In this document: piece by piece, positions 36,630 through 48,755 of the stretch
Layout: each line of letters opens with the position of its first letter
Position numbering within the stretch: the stretch's first letter is position 1
DNA from: an uncultured Acidobacteriota bacterium
GTDB taxonomy: Bacteria; Acidobacteriota; Blastocatellia; Pyrinomonadales; Pyrinomonadaceae
Length of the DNA stretch: 64,000 bases
Assembly: GCA_963849585.1 (NCBI GenBank)
Contig: CAWKHZ010000009.1
Coordinates: 96,771-160,770 of the forward strand
Reading direction: 5' to 3'
Translations under genes and position numbers: made by a program
The notes under the pieces: generated by a model
The model's input: the letters and a program-made list of their open reading frames with translations, nothing else
The model's database searches: none
What the model was told of the DNA's origin: nothing

Positions 36630-38349
36630 TTGTCCAGGCTGGAAAAAGATCAAACCGGTATCGAGCTCATGAACTCGGTTAAAGGCGATTTCGCCAACCT
36701 CAGTGAGGAGCTAACCGACGATGCCGTGTCGATAGAAGATATCGACGAAGTACTACAAACGCTGGAACGAGCCACCAGCAGTGAAACAGAGATCGAGGAA
36801 CCCTTGATTGAAGAGTCTTCGTCTGCCGTGGAGTCAGATGAAGCAATGAGTGAAGAGGTCGAGTTGGATCTCTCGGCCGGCGAGATGGACAAGACTTCCG
36901 ATCCCATTCGCGTTTACATGCGCGAAATGGGCGTCGTGCCTTTGCTGACGCGCGAACAGGAAGTGTCTATCGCCAAGCGAATCGAACGTGGTCAGAAACG
37001 AGCCGAGAAAGCGATCGCGCGTTCGCCGATCGCCGTCGTCGAACTCTTCCGAATCGGCGATGAGCTCGCCGCAGGAGCAGCTCAACATTCGCGACGTCGT
37101 CGCGTTCTCGGATCAGATGGAGACCGAGGAACACGAGGATCGCAGCGAAGAGTATTTGCAGTGGACGATCGAGGGGCTAAACAACATCAAGCAGCTCTAC
37201 AAACGCGGGTTGAAAGAGTTTGAGAAGTTTGCCGACGAGCAGAAAGATCTCGCGCGGCAAGCGCTCGAAGAAGTTGCTGCGTTACCGTCGCAAACTCGCC
37301 CGCACGCGGCTGGAGATCGCGCAGGAAATCCGTGGTCTGCACATGAAGGAAGCCGCCCGCCAGCGGCTGATCGCCGCCATCGGCGTCGTGCACAGGGAAG
37401 TCCGCACACTCGAACGCGAAATCGACGCGTAAACGAGAAACTCAAGCGCAAGGGACTGAAGCCCGACAAGCAAAAGGAATATCGCAAGCAGGTCGCGACC
37501 GCGAAGAAGCGTCTCAAAGAGATCGAAGTCGAGCATCACCTGTCGCCGCTGGAGATCAAGCGTTCGCACCAGATGATCGCCATCAGCGAAGCACAGACGG
37601 CCCAGGCGAAGCACGAGTTGACCGAAGCGAACCTGCGTCTGGTGGTTTCGATCGCGAAGAAATATCAGAACCGTGGTTTGCAGTTTCTGGACCTGATTCA
37701 GGAAGGCAATCTCGGTTTGATGAAGGGCGTCGACAAGTTTGACTGGCGCCGTGGTTACAAGTTCTCCACGTACGCAACGTGGTGGATTCGCCAGGCAATC
37801 ACCCGCGCCATCGCCGACCAGGCGCGCACGATCCGCATTCCGGTACACATGATCGAAGTGATCAATAAACTCAAGAACACTTCGCGTGAACTGGTGCGCG
37901 AACTCGGACGCGAACCAACGACCGAGGAGATCGCCAAGAAGATGGACACCTCGGTTGACAAGGTGCGCAAAGCGCGCAAGTTGATGCAGGATCCGATCTC
38001 GCTCGAAACACCAATCGGCGAGAACGGCGATTCGCAGCTCGGCGACTTGATCGAAGACAAGTCGAGCGAGAGCCCGGCCGCGCGCGTGATCACTTCAAAC
38101 TTGCGCGAGATCGCCGGCGACGTGCTGCAAACTTTGAGTCCGCGTGAAGAGCGAGTCATTCGTTTGCGGTTTGGTTTGGATAACGGCGGTCACGAACGAA
38201 CGCTCGAAGAGGTCGGTCAGAATTTCAACGTAACCCGCGAACGCATTCGCCAGATCGAGGCCAAAGCGCTGCGCAAACTCCGCCACCCATCGCGTGCGCG
38301 GCTACTGAAGAACTTCCTCGAAGGCGAGGGCAATAATTTCGAGGGTTAA
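36630..38349 (+). pseudogene. rpoD: primary RNA polymerase sigma factor RpoD, interrupted by at least three frame changes as given
   Basis: Fragments:
- 36630..37223: acidic region 1.1 and DPIRVYMREMG (region 1.2).
- 37220..37432: [25 protein letters not shown].
- 36988..38349: regions 2-4 with [93 protein letters not shown].
Frame breaks are near 37070, 37270 and 37438. Confidence 0.9.
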
Positions 38350-38387
38350 CGATTTGAAAGATCAAAGCAGATTAGGAGCGAACGAAG

Positions 38388-38737
38388 ATGAGTGAAATTG
38401 TAAAAGAAGTAAGCGATAGCTCGTTTGAGAAAGACGTATTGGGATCCGGCAAGCCCGTGCTGGTGGATTTTTGGGCGGAATGGTGTGCCCCCTGCCGGAT
38501 GCTGGCGCCGACGGTTGCGGCCGTTGCCGAGCAATATGGCGATACCGCGAGCGTCGTGAAGTTGAACGTCGACGACAATCCTTCGACCGCGCAGCGTTAT
38601 GGCATCAAGGGCATTCCCACGTTGATTCTGTTCCGCGAAGGTAAGGAAGTTGAGCGCGTGGTCGGCGCGACGAGCAAAGAGTCGATCACGCGCATGATCG
38701 AGAAGTACGTCAACTGCCGCAGCGTAACAGCGGCTAA
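38388..38737 (+). CDS. trxA: thioredoxin (in-frame stop missing in the given sequence)
   Basis: RBS AGGAG, then MSEIVKEVSDSSFEKDVL…VDFWAEWCAPCRMLAP…GIKGIPTLILF. The domain is complete by about 38711. The given frame then reads through the terminator hairpin into ubiX. Stops occur at 38725 and 38735 in the other two frames, so a terminal indel is likely. The end coordinate is approximate. Confidence 0.85.
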
Positions 38738-38761
38738 CCGCTGGATGATTACGAATTTGAA

Positions 38762-38806
38762 AGGCCGGACGAGTGGAGTTCACACGTCCGGCCTTTTTGT
38801 TTTTGT
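38762..38806 (+). terminator. rho-independent terminator of trxA
   Basis: AGGCCGGACG (38762-38771) pairs with CGTCCGGCCT (38785-38794) and is followed by TTTTGTTTTTG. Confidence 0.7.
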
Positions 38807-38834
38807 GAAAATCCGTGGGACAATGCGGCCACGT

Positions 38835-39435
38835 ATGGAACACACGAAACCTCAGCGACTGATTGTCGGTATTACTGGCGCCACTGGTACTATCTTCGGC
38901 GTGCGTCTCTTACAGATGCTGCACGGCTCGGGCGTCGAGACTCATCTCGTCGTCAGCAAGTGGGCGGCGCGCACGCTCACGCATGAGACCCAATACGCAC
39001 TCAAAGACGTACAAAGCCTGGCCACGCACAATTACGGCGAGCGGCGATCAGGGCGCGGCGATCTCCAGCGGCTCTTTTGTTACTCTCGGCATGGTGATCG
39101 CGCCCTGCAGCATGCGCACCGTCGCGGCAATCGCGCACGGTCTCGGCGACAACCTGATTCATCGCGCGGCCGACGTCGTGCTGAAAGAGCGACGCAAACT
39201 GGTTCTCGTCGTACGCGAGTCGCCGTTCAGCGAAATACATCTCGAAAACATGTTGAAGCTGGCGCGGATGGGCGTCGTGATTCTGCCGCCCGTGCCCGCG
39301 TTTTATAACCACCCTCAGAACCTCGACGACATGATCAATCACATCACGATGCGCGTGATCGATCAGTTTGACATTCACCTCGACGTAATGAATCGTTGGG
39401 ACGGCGTGTTGCGCACGCAAATGGAAAAGGAGTAG
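38835..39435 (+). pseudogene. ubiX: flavin prenyltransferase UbiX, one frame change as given
   Basis: [26 protein letters not shown]… lies in the frame of ORF 38388..39308. It continues in ORF 38863..39435 ([26 protein letters not shown]…[17 protein letters not shown]…). The break is near 39040-39060. Confidence 0.85.
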
Positions 39436-39444
39436 AGCGAAGTC

Positions 39445-40164
39445 ATGGGAGAGCTGGTCGAGTTCAAAGCAACGGTACGAACGGGCAACGGATATCTCGC
39501 GATTCCAAAGCCGGGCAGTGGTCCAGGCGTGATCGTGATCCAGGAGTGGTGGGGACTCGTCGATCACATCAAAGACGTTTGCGAACGCTTTGCCGCAGCA
39601 GGTTTCGTCGCGCTCGCTCCCGATCTCTATCACGGCAAAACAACGAAGTCGCCTGACGAAGCAGGCAAGATGATGATGGCGCTGCGCATCGACGAAGCTG
39701 AGAAAGAACTCGGCGGCGCCGTCAAGTATCTGTTGAACCACGAGGCGTGACGAGCGAGAAGATCGGCGTCGTCGGTTTCTGCATGGGCGGTGCGTTGTCG
39801 CTTTACACCGCGACGAAGAATCGCGAACATCGGCGCTTGCGTCGTTTTTTATGGCATTCATCCGAACGTGAAACCCGATCTTCCGAATCTGCACGCGCCG
39901 GTGCTTGGGTCTCTACGCTGAGAGCGACGGTTTCGTCACGCCCGATTCAGTGCGACGAGTTGGAGCAGCAAGTTGAAAGCGCTGGGCAAGCAGATCGAGG
40001 TAGTCATTTATCCAGGGGCGGACCACGCTTTCTTCAACGACACGCGTCCCGAGGTTTATAACGCTGAAGCCGCTGCCGACGCGTGGCAGCGCACTATTGA
40101 TTTCCTGCATACGATCGGTGAAGAGTTGGTAAAACACGTGATCTGCCTGATCCGTGCGTTCTAA
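39445..40164 (+). pseudogene. dienelactone hydrolase family protein, frameshifted as given
   Basis: Fragments 39445..39750 (GVIVIQEWWGL…ALAPDLYHG), 39747..40061 (IGVVGFCMGGALS nucleophile elbow) and 39973..40164 (VVIYPGADHAFFN). Confidence 0.8.
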
Positions 40165-40199
40165 GCGGCTCAATACACAACTAAAAAGGAAACCCCTTT

Positions 40200-43100
40200 A
40201 TGACTATGTCTACGTGCGCCCGTGTATTGTTCTCGTTCATTGTTAGTTGTTTGTCTGGTTACGTTGCGGCACAACAGCCGCCGCCGCAGCCATCGCCGTC
40301 CGGTTGCCGCGTCGCCGCAGTCCGAGTGCGACAGCCGACACCCGACGCTTCGCCAACACCGCGCGATCCGATGTCGACGCCGACGTTCAACGGTCTGCGC
40401 CTGCGCTCGATTGGCCCAGCATTCACTTCCGGACGCATCATCGGCTTCGCGGTCGATCCGAACAATCCCGCGCGTTATTTCGTCGCGCGTCGCATCCGGC
40501 GGCGTGTGGAAGACAATCAACGCCGGCATAACCTGGACGCCCGATCTTCGATAACGAAGCCTCCTACTCGATCGGCGCTATCGCAGCTCGATCCGAAGAA
40601 TCCTCTAGTCGTCTGGGTCGGCACCGGCGAGAACAACAGCCAGCGCAGCGTCTCGTACGGCAACGGCCTTTACAAATCGGAAGACGGCGGCCGCACCTGG
40701 CGCAACGTCGGTCTCAGAACTTCCGAACACATCGGACGCATCGCGATCGATCCGAAAGACTCGAACATCGTTTACGTCGCTTCGCAGGGACCACTGTGGG
40801 GGCCGGGCGGCGAACGCGGTCTTTTCAAAACCACCGACGGCGGCAAAACCTGGAAGAACATCCTCAACATCAGCGAGCACACCGGCGTCACCGACGTCGT
40901 GATCGATCAGAACGATCCGAACACGATCTACTGCGCTGTCGTATCAACGCCGCCGCCACATGTGGACGCTGATCAACGGTGGTCCGGAAAGCGCGATCTA
41001 CAAATCAACTGACGCGGGCGCGACGTGGAACAAATTGCGCGCCGGATTGCCGACCGTCGAACTCGGCCGCATCGGACTGGCGATTTCTCCGGTCGATTCG
41101 AACGTGATCTACGCGACCGTCGAAGCCGCGGATCGCCGCGGCGGCATCTTTCGCTCGAGCGATCGCGGCAGCAGTTGGGAACGCCGCAACGAGTTTGATT
41201 CGACCGCGATGTACTACTCGCGCATCGTCGCCGATCCGAAAGAGGTCGATCGCATCTACGTGATGAACGTGTTTTCTGATGGTCTCCGACGACGGCGGCC
41301 GCACAATGCGCCGGCTCGGCGAACGAAACAAGCACGTCGACAATCACGACATCTGGATCAATCCGAACAACACCGATCATTATCTCGTCGGCGGCGACGG
41401 CGGCATTTACGAGAGTTTCGATCGCGGCGCGAACTGGGAGTTCAAGGCAAACCTGCCGGTTACCGCAGTTCTACGACATCACCACTGACAACGCGAAGCC
41501 GTTCTACAACGTTTACGGCGGCACGCAGGACAACTTCAGTTTCGGTGGTCCATCGCGCACGCGCAGCGCTTCCGGAATCACGAACGCCGATTGGTTTGTC
41601 ACCAACGGCGGCGACGGTTTTCGTTCGCAGGTCGATCCGGAAGATCCGAACATCATCTACGCGACGTCGCAGAACGGCGTGATCGTTCGTTTCGACAAAC
41701 GCACTGGGGAACGCATCGGCATTCAACCGCAAGCCAGGCCGCAGCGAAGATCCGATGCGTTGGAACTGGGACTCGCCGTTCATCATCAGTCCACACTCGC
41801 GCACGCGCCTCTACTTTGCCGCCGACAAGCTCTTCCGCAGCGACGATCGCGGCGACAGTTGGACTGTTAATCAGCGGCCAGCTCTCGCGCAATCTCGATC
41901 GCGACAAGTTGCCGGTGATGGGCAAAGTCTGGGGCATCGATGCCGTCGCCAAGAACGCCTCAACGGCATTCTTCGGCAATGCGTCCGGCGCTTGCCGAGT
42001 CGCCGAAGAAAGAAGGGCTGATCTACGTCGGCACTGACGACGGGCTGGTCCAGGTCACGGAAGACGGCGGCAAAAACTGGCGCAAGATCGAGAAGTTTCC
42101 CGGCGTCGGCTGACATGGCGTACGTCAGCCGCATCATCGCTTCGAATCACGATGCAAACACCGCTTTCGTCAGTTTCAACAATCATCAGAACAACGACTT
42201 CAAGCCATATCTCTTGAAGACGACCGACGCCGGCCGAACGTGGACTTCGTTGAGCGCGAACCTGCCGAAGAATGGACCGGTTTGGGCGATCGCGGAAGAT
42301 CACGTCAATCCGAATCTGCTTATTTGCCGGCACTGAATTTGGTGTTTGTTCTCGATCGACGGCGGCGCAGAAATGGGTTCAACTGAAAGGCGGAATGCCG
42401 ACGATTGCCGTTCGCGATCTCAACATTCAGAAACGCGAGAACGATCTGGTCGTCGGTACGTTCGGACGCGGCATTTACATCCTCGACGACTACACGCCGT
42501 TGCGTTTGCTCAAACCGGAAATGCTGCGGCAGGAAGCGGCTGTGTTTCCGATGAAGGATGCGTTGATGTACATCCAGTCGCAGCCACTCGGCGGCCGCGG
42601 CAAGAGTTTTCAGGGCGAGGCGTTACTACACTGCGGATAACCCGCCGTTCGGCGCCAGTGGTCACGTGGTATTTAAAAGACGCGATCAGGACGCGCAAGG
42701 AGAGACGCCAGGAGGCGGAGCGCGAAGCGGACCGCCGCGGCGGGCCCGTCGGTTGGCCCACGCGCGAACAATTGCGCGCGGAGGAAGAAGAAGAAGCGGC
42801 GGCGATCGTGGTCACGATTACCGACTCCGGCGATCGCGTCATCCGCCGGTTGACTGGTCCGGTCGAGCGCGGGCATGCAGCGGCTCACTTGGGATCTGCG
42901 TTATCCGGCCGCGAACCTTTCCGCGCCGCCGCCACCCGACGCGGATCCTGATTTCGAACCGCCGTCAGGTCCACTCGTCATGCCGGGAACTTATAAAGCG
43001 ACAGTGTCGAAGCGAGTTGACGGCGTGATGACGCAGTTGGGCCAGCCGCAGGAGTTTCAGATGGTGGTTGAAGGACAGGAAAGCATGTCCGTTACGGATC

Positions 43101-43576
43101 GCACTGCCCTGGTTGAGTTTCAACAGAAAGCCGTGCGTTTGCAGCGCGCGGTCAGCGGCGCAACGCAGGCCGCGAACGCGTTGCGGCCGCGGCTGACAGC
43201 GATCAAACGCGCGATTTCGGAGACGCCGTCGTTGCCGCATCGTCTCTATGAAGACGCGATGGCGGTCGAGAAACGAAACAACGAGTCTCATTCGCGCGCT
43301 TTCGGGCGATTCGGAGGCCCGGCGACGCAACATGAACACGCCGCCGTCGATCAGCGATCGCGTCGGTTACGTCGGTGGGCGCGCAACGCATGTCTACTGC
43401 GCGTCCGACGCAGACGCAGCAGAATCAATACGACGGTCGCAGCGCAGGACTTCGAAACAGTGTTGGCCCAATTGCGCCAATTGATCGAAGTGGATGTGGC
43501 GCGATTGGAGAAACAGTTGGAGGCGGCGGGCGCGCCCTGGACACCTGGCCGCATTCCCGAGTGGCGCGACCAGTAA
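40200..43576 (+). pseudogene. secreted BNR/Asp-box repeat protein (sortilin/VPS10-like, often annotated as glycosyl hydrolase), many frame changes as given
   Basis: Signal peptide MTMSTCARVLFSFIVSCLSGYVAAQ. Asp-box motifs are spread over fragments 40200..41012, 40960..41682, 41279..41488, 41755..42021, 42115..42336, 42272..42640 and 42875..43576: SEDGGRTWRNV, TTDGGKTWKNI, STDAGATWNKL, SSDRGSSWERR, TEDGGKNWRKI, TTDAGRTWTSL. Confidence 0.75.
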
Positions 43577-43585
43577 GGAGCCAAT

Positions 43586-46048
43586 ATGAAACGTTTCCTG
43601 TTGCTGTTATCCCTGTTCTTGTTGTGTGTCTCAACGCAGGCACAAACGATCTCCGACAAGGTGAAAGGCATGGAGAAGTTTTCCGGCTTCTTCACTTTTT
43701 ACTGGGACGCGAAAGCCGGAAAGATCTGGCTGGAGATCGACAAGTGGAACACTGAGTTTCTCTACGTCGAATCTTTGCCGGCCGGCATTGGCTCAAACGA
43801 CATCGGGCTCGATCGTGGTCAACTCGGCGACAGTTCGATTGTGCGTTTCGATCGCAGTGGCCCACGCGTGCTGCTCGTCGCGCCGAATTATCGCCTTTCG
43901 CGCCACCAGCAACAACGCCGACGAACGGCTCGCGGTAAAAGACGCGTTTGCGGAGTCAACATTCTGGGGGTTCGAAGTCGCGGCTGAGGAAGGTGGACGC
44001 GTGCTCGTTGACGCGACCAATTTCTATCTGCGCGACGTTCATCAGGTCACCAACACTCTCCAGCGCGGACAGCAAGGCACATATCGACTCGAGCCGAGTC
44101 GCAGCGCGTTCTATCTTCCGAACACAAAAAACTTTCCGCAAAACACGGAGGTCGAAACCACGCTGACGTTTACCGGCGAACCCGCGGGACGGTTCGTCCG
44201 GCAAGTCGTGCCCGTTCCTGAAGCGATCACCGTTCGCGAGCGGCACTCTTTCGTGCAATTGCCGCCCGCCGGTTACAAGCCGCGCGTGCTCGATCCGCGT
44301 GCCGGTTATTTCGGAATCGACTACATGGACTTCGCGACGCCGATCGAAGAGCCAATCACGAAACGCTTCATCGCCCGTCATCGCTTGCAGAAGAAGGATC
44401 CAACGGCGCGCGTGAGCGAAGCGGTTGATCCGATCGTTTATTACGTCGATCGCGGCGCGCCGGAGCCGGTGCGTTCCGCGTTGCTCGACGGCGCGCGTTG
44501 GTGGAACCAGGCGTTTGAAGCGATCGGTTACAAAGATGCGTTTCGCGTCGAAGTGATGCCGGAACAAGTCGATCCGATGGACGTGCGTTACAACGTCATT
44601 CAATGGGTCCATCGCTCGACGCGTGGTTGGTCTTACGGCAATTCGCTGACCGATCCACGCACGGGCGAGATCATTCAGGGCCGCGTTTCACTCGGCTCGT
44701 TTCGCGATCGCCAGGATTTTTTGATCGCCGAAGGATTGATCGCGCCGTACAACAACACGAACACAGCTTCGCCGAAATTGCTCGAGATGGTGCTGGCGCG
44801 TTTGCGTCAACTGTCCGCGCACGAGGTGGGCCACACGTTGGGACTGCAACACAATTACGCCGCGAGTCCCCGTCAATCGAGCGTCGGTGATGGATTATCC
44901 CGCGCCGTCGTGCAAAGCTTGGCGCTGATGGTCTGCCCGATCTTTCCGAAGCTTATCGACAGGGATTGGCGAATGGGACAAGGTCGCGATCGCCTACGGT
45001 TATCAGGATTTCCTCCGGGTACGGACGAAGCACGAGCACTCGACACGACGCTGAGCGCCGCGTTCGCGCGCGGGATTGATGTATTTGACCGATCAGGATG
45101 CGCGTCCGCCGGGAAGCTCCAGTTCGGTGGCCCATCTTTGGGACAACGGCACAAACGCCATCGACGAACTCGGCAACGTCATGAAGGTGCGCGCTGCTGC
45201 GTTGCGGCGATTTGGCGAGAACAACATTCGCGAAGGCGCGCCCCTCGCGACGATCGAAGAGGTGCTGGTGCCGATCTACATGTATCACCGTTACCAGGTC
45301 GAAGCGGCGGCGAAAGTGATCGGCGGGCAGGATTACACGTTTAGTTTGAAAGGCAAAGGCGATCGGAATCCGCAGATCGTTCCGCCGGAAGAACAGCGAC
45401 GCGCGCTTGCGGCAGTGCTCGACACGATCAAACCGGAAGCGTTGTCGGTGCCGGAGCCGTTGTTGCGTTTGATTCCGCCGCGACCATCCGGTTATCCGCG
45501 CAATGCGCGAAGTGTTTCGCACTCGCACTCAGCCGGTGTTCGACGCACTCGCGCCGGCGGAAGCCGTTACCGATCACGTCAGCGAGTTTCTGTTGAACCA
45601 GGAACGGGCCGCGCGCCTGGTCCAATTTCACGCGCGCGACGCGCGCAATCCCGGTCTCGCGGAAGTGATCGGAAAGGTTCTGGCCGCAACGTGGAAAGCG
45701 CCGGCCGCGACTGGTTACTCCGGCGAGATCCAACACACCGTGAACATCCGTCATGCTCACGGATCTGATGTCGTTGGCCGCAAACGAACGCGCGTCAAAC
45801 CAGGTGCGTGCGATCGCTTCGTGGGAGATCGAGCAGTTAAAGAAGTGGGTGGAACGCAACGCCGTTTGGCAGCCGACGAAAATCGTCGCGCGTTTCTTTA
45901 TTACAGTCTCGAACAGATCAAACGTTTCCAGGACGATCCGAAGAAAATGAATTTAACGCAGCCTCAAGCGCCACCCGATGGACAGCCGATTGGAATGTTC
46001 ATGGGGTCGGACGATTGTGGATGTGTGTATCTCCCATGTTTGCGGTAG
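43586..46048 (+). pseudogene. zinc-dependent metalloprotease (DUF5117/DUF4953-type), frameshifted as given
   Basis: Signal peptide MKRFLLLLSLFLLCVSTQA, then FSGFFTFYWDAKAGKIWLEIDKW, typical of this family. HEXXH site SAHEVGHTLGLQHNY. Fragments 43586..43987, 43788..45344, 45076..45768, 45503..46048. Confidence 0.75.
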
Positions 46049-46064
46049 CTTGAACAAGGAGTGG

Positions 46065-46273
46065 TTGCCAACGGCTTCGCCGCCCGATGTGCGGCGAGGC
46101 TGTGCCTTGCCGTGCGCGCTTTACTTCCGATGGGGCTTTGCCCCTCGTTCGGCCTTTGGCCTGGAACCGTTAGGGCGAGCCCGAACCAGGGGCGAAGCCC
46201 ATTATTTCGAGTGCATGCTTACGGCGAGGCATAGCCTCCGCCGCACATCAGGCGGCGAAGCCGCAACGGTCAA
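46065..46273. repeat. about 210-bp imperfect nested palindrome (MITE-like or structured-RNA candidate)
   Basis: Left arm TTGCCAACGGCTTCGCCGCCCGATGTGCGGCGAGGCT…GGGGCTTTGCCCCTCGTTCGG pairs with right arm CCGAACCAGGGGCGAAGCCC…AGCCTCCGCCGCACATCAGGCGGCGAAGCCGCAACGGTCAA. Each arm also holds its own local hairpin (CGCCGC-N7-GCGGCG). It lies between the protease stop (46048) and the kinase start (46324). Confidence 0.75.
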
Positions 46274-46323
46274 CTCAAGATAAGTTTTGGCAGCAAAGCC
46301 ATTTGCGGTAGCATTGGTGTTTT

Positions 46324-48336
46324 ATGCAAGGACCCGAACAATACCTCGGCGAAATTCTTGACGACAAATACCGCCTCGAAAGACTCCTCGGACACGGCGG
46401 TATGGGCGCCGTCTATCTTGCCACTCACCTCGGCACCGAACGATACGTCGCATTCAAACTGATCTCGCCGCAGTTCATGCGCAATCGCGAGTTTGTCGAG
46501 CGTTTCAGGCGCGAGGCGCGCGCCGCCGGCAGGTTGCGCCACCCGAACGTAGTCGACGTTACCGACTTCGGTTTCGCCGAGGTGAAACAAGGCAATGTGG
46601 CGTATCTCGTGATGGAGTATCTCGACGGTTGCACGCTCGGCGACGTACTTGCGGAAGAGAAGCGTTTGCCGCTCGAGTGGGTCGCGGATATTCTCGAACA
46701 GGTGTGCTCGGCAGTTCATGAGGCGCACGAGCAAGGAATTATTCACCGCGATCTGAAACCCGATAACATCTGGCTCGAACCCAATCGACTCGGCGGTTAT
46801 CGCGTCAAAGTTCTCGACTTCGGTATCGCGAAAGTCGGTGCCGCCGCCACGCCGCCAGTTGACGAAGACTCGACGGCAACCATCATAGATAACGTTTCCG
46901 CCGAGCGCGCAGCTTCAGCCACGACCAATCTTCCGGCAGCGCATCTCGAAACAGACACGTTGTTGCGACCCGCGGCTGCCGACGCGGTCGGCACTCTGTT
47001 ACAGAACGAAAAACTCACGCAGCCTTTTGCTCCCGGTGATCATCCGGACGCTGAAGACGAGGCACGTTGCTGTTCGATCCGAGCACGCATTCAGCCGGTC
47101 GACAAACCGAGCACATCGGGACTTCCGCTCAGGGACCAGCATTGACGCGCGTCGGCGCGATCATGGGAACGCCGCTCTACATGTCGCCCGAACAGTGCGG
47201 CGGCGGATACGTTGACACGAGATCGGACATTTACAGTCTCGGGGTCATTGCTTACCAAATGCTCGCCGGGGAACCGCCGTTTGCGGGTAACACGTCGACA
47301 GTGATGCGCGCGCATCGCGAGCAGGTGCCGCCTGATTTGCGGGAACGATCGGAGAAGAAAATTCCGAAGCGCGTAGCGGGCGTTGTGATGTCGGCGTTGT
47401 CGAAGAATCCTGCGGAGCGTCCGGCAACTGCATTTGCGTTTGCGGGTGCGTTGCGCGGGCAAAGTGAGGGTATTGGCGCCCTCTATCGTCGCGCGTTTTC
47501 GTTGTACAGCGAATACTTTCCGAAGTTTGTCAAGCTAAGTATTCTCGCGCACATCCCGGTGATTGTCACGACGTTTTTGATGATCGGGTTGTTTGTTGCC
47601 ACTGAAGTAATGCCGCGCGGAGAGTTTGACGCAAAAAATCGTGATGGTCTGCGTGTCAGTGCTGGTCGGCCTTTTGCAGTTTGTTGCGTTACATGTTGCG
47701 GGTGCGGTGATCTCGGGAGTGACCGCGGTCATTATCACGCAACTCAGTGCCGCGCCGTTGCGACCCGTGCAGCTTCGCGTTGCATTTCGTGTGTTGAGCG
47801 AAAGGTGGCGTCCGTTTTTGAAGACGGTGCTGCTGGTCACATGGCGCATATTGCTGGGGCTTGTTTTATTGATCATCCCCGGCATCATCATGATGGTCCG
47901 TTACTCGTTTTATGCGCCGGTGGTGCTGATCGAAGGACTGGAGAAGAAAGCTGCGATGCAACGTGCGCGCGAGTTGGCGTCGCGTTCATGGCGCACGATC
48001 ATCATCGTCACGATACTTCAGCTTCTTATCCCGAGCATAATTAATGGGTTTTTGAGTGCGTTTGTGGGCGCCAGTTTCGGTTCGAAGAGCGGGAGTCTTC
48101 CGCGGCAAATCGTTAGCCAACTCATCAGCCTCAACCAGATCTTCGTAGTGCCGTTGATGTCGATCGTGCCGGCGTTGCTGTATACATAAAGATGCGCCAG
48201 TTGGGTGGCGAACAGCTGAAAGTGCGCTGGCGCAGATTGACGAAGGAATGTCGAGCGCAGCGAGTGGCAACAGCGCATGCGCACGCGCCTGAGTCTGGCC
48301 ACACCGACGAGTCAGAAGACCACCACTGGCGGTTAG
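46324..48336 (+). pseudogene. Ser/Thr protein kinase with C-terminal multi-TM domain, frameshifted as given
   Basis: Hanks kinase motifs GHGGMGAVYLA, AFK, HRDLKPDNIWL, DFGIAK (46324..47145) and GTPLYMSPEQ (47067..48044). TM-rich tail in 47626..48189. The probable last segment (…SEWQQRMRTRLS…) is in another frame, reaching about 48336. Confidence 0.8.
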
Positions 48337-48755
48337 CTAGTCTTGCCGATGAGTGCAGTGTCTGAAGAAGTATCTGCAGAAGCGGGTCGCTTGCGGCGGC
48401 GCGGCGTTTCGAACATCGTTCGATGCACGAATTGCCGTCACGTCCAATTTCTCGTACACAGGCTTAACTCTACCGTAAACGCGGTTTCGAAAGTGGGATT
48501 CGACGAGTCCCGCAAGCGAAACGATCTTGCTGCTTTTTTCGAACTCGATCCGAATTTACGGCTAAAATCCCAATAAACCGCCGATTTAACTATTTTCACC
48601 CGCTGGCACGGGCTTTGAATTGTGCCAACGCGGAGAACTGTATAGTTGCGTGTGAATTTGTAGCTAGCTGGCTCCGTAATCAGCTTCGCGCGCAATCGCC
48701 GCTCTCTCAACTGGCTTTACAGCTCTCCACAAATTTTGAAGAAGTACTGAGTTCC

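Noticed and set aside
38388-39308. Apparent 306-aa TrxA-UbiX fusion ORF
   Set aside because: The connecting segment contains a strong rho-independent terminator (38762-38806). ubiX has its own ATG (38835). Stops occur in both other frames right after the thioredoxin domain. Most likely an indel removed the trxA stop.
48343-48576. 77-aa ORF with a CxxC motif after the kinase gene
   Set aside because: It has no RBS and arginine-rich, low-plausibility composition. Its 5' part overlaps the probable frameshifted 3' end of the Ser/Thr kinase gene.
48603-48618. Sigma-54-type promoter TGGCACGGGCTTTGAA upstream of macA
   Set aside because: The -24 GG element and the spacing fit, but the critical -12 GC dinucleotide is replaced (TTGA instead of TTGC). 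No enhancer-binding-protein gene is adjacent. This is too weak to call.
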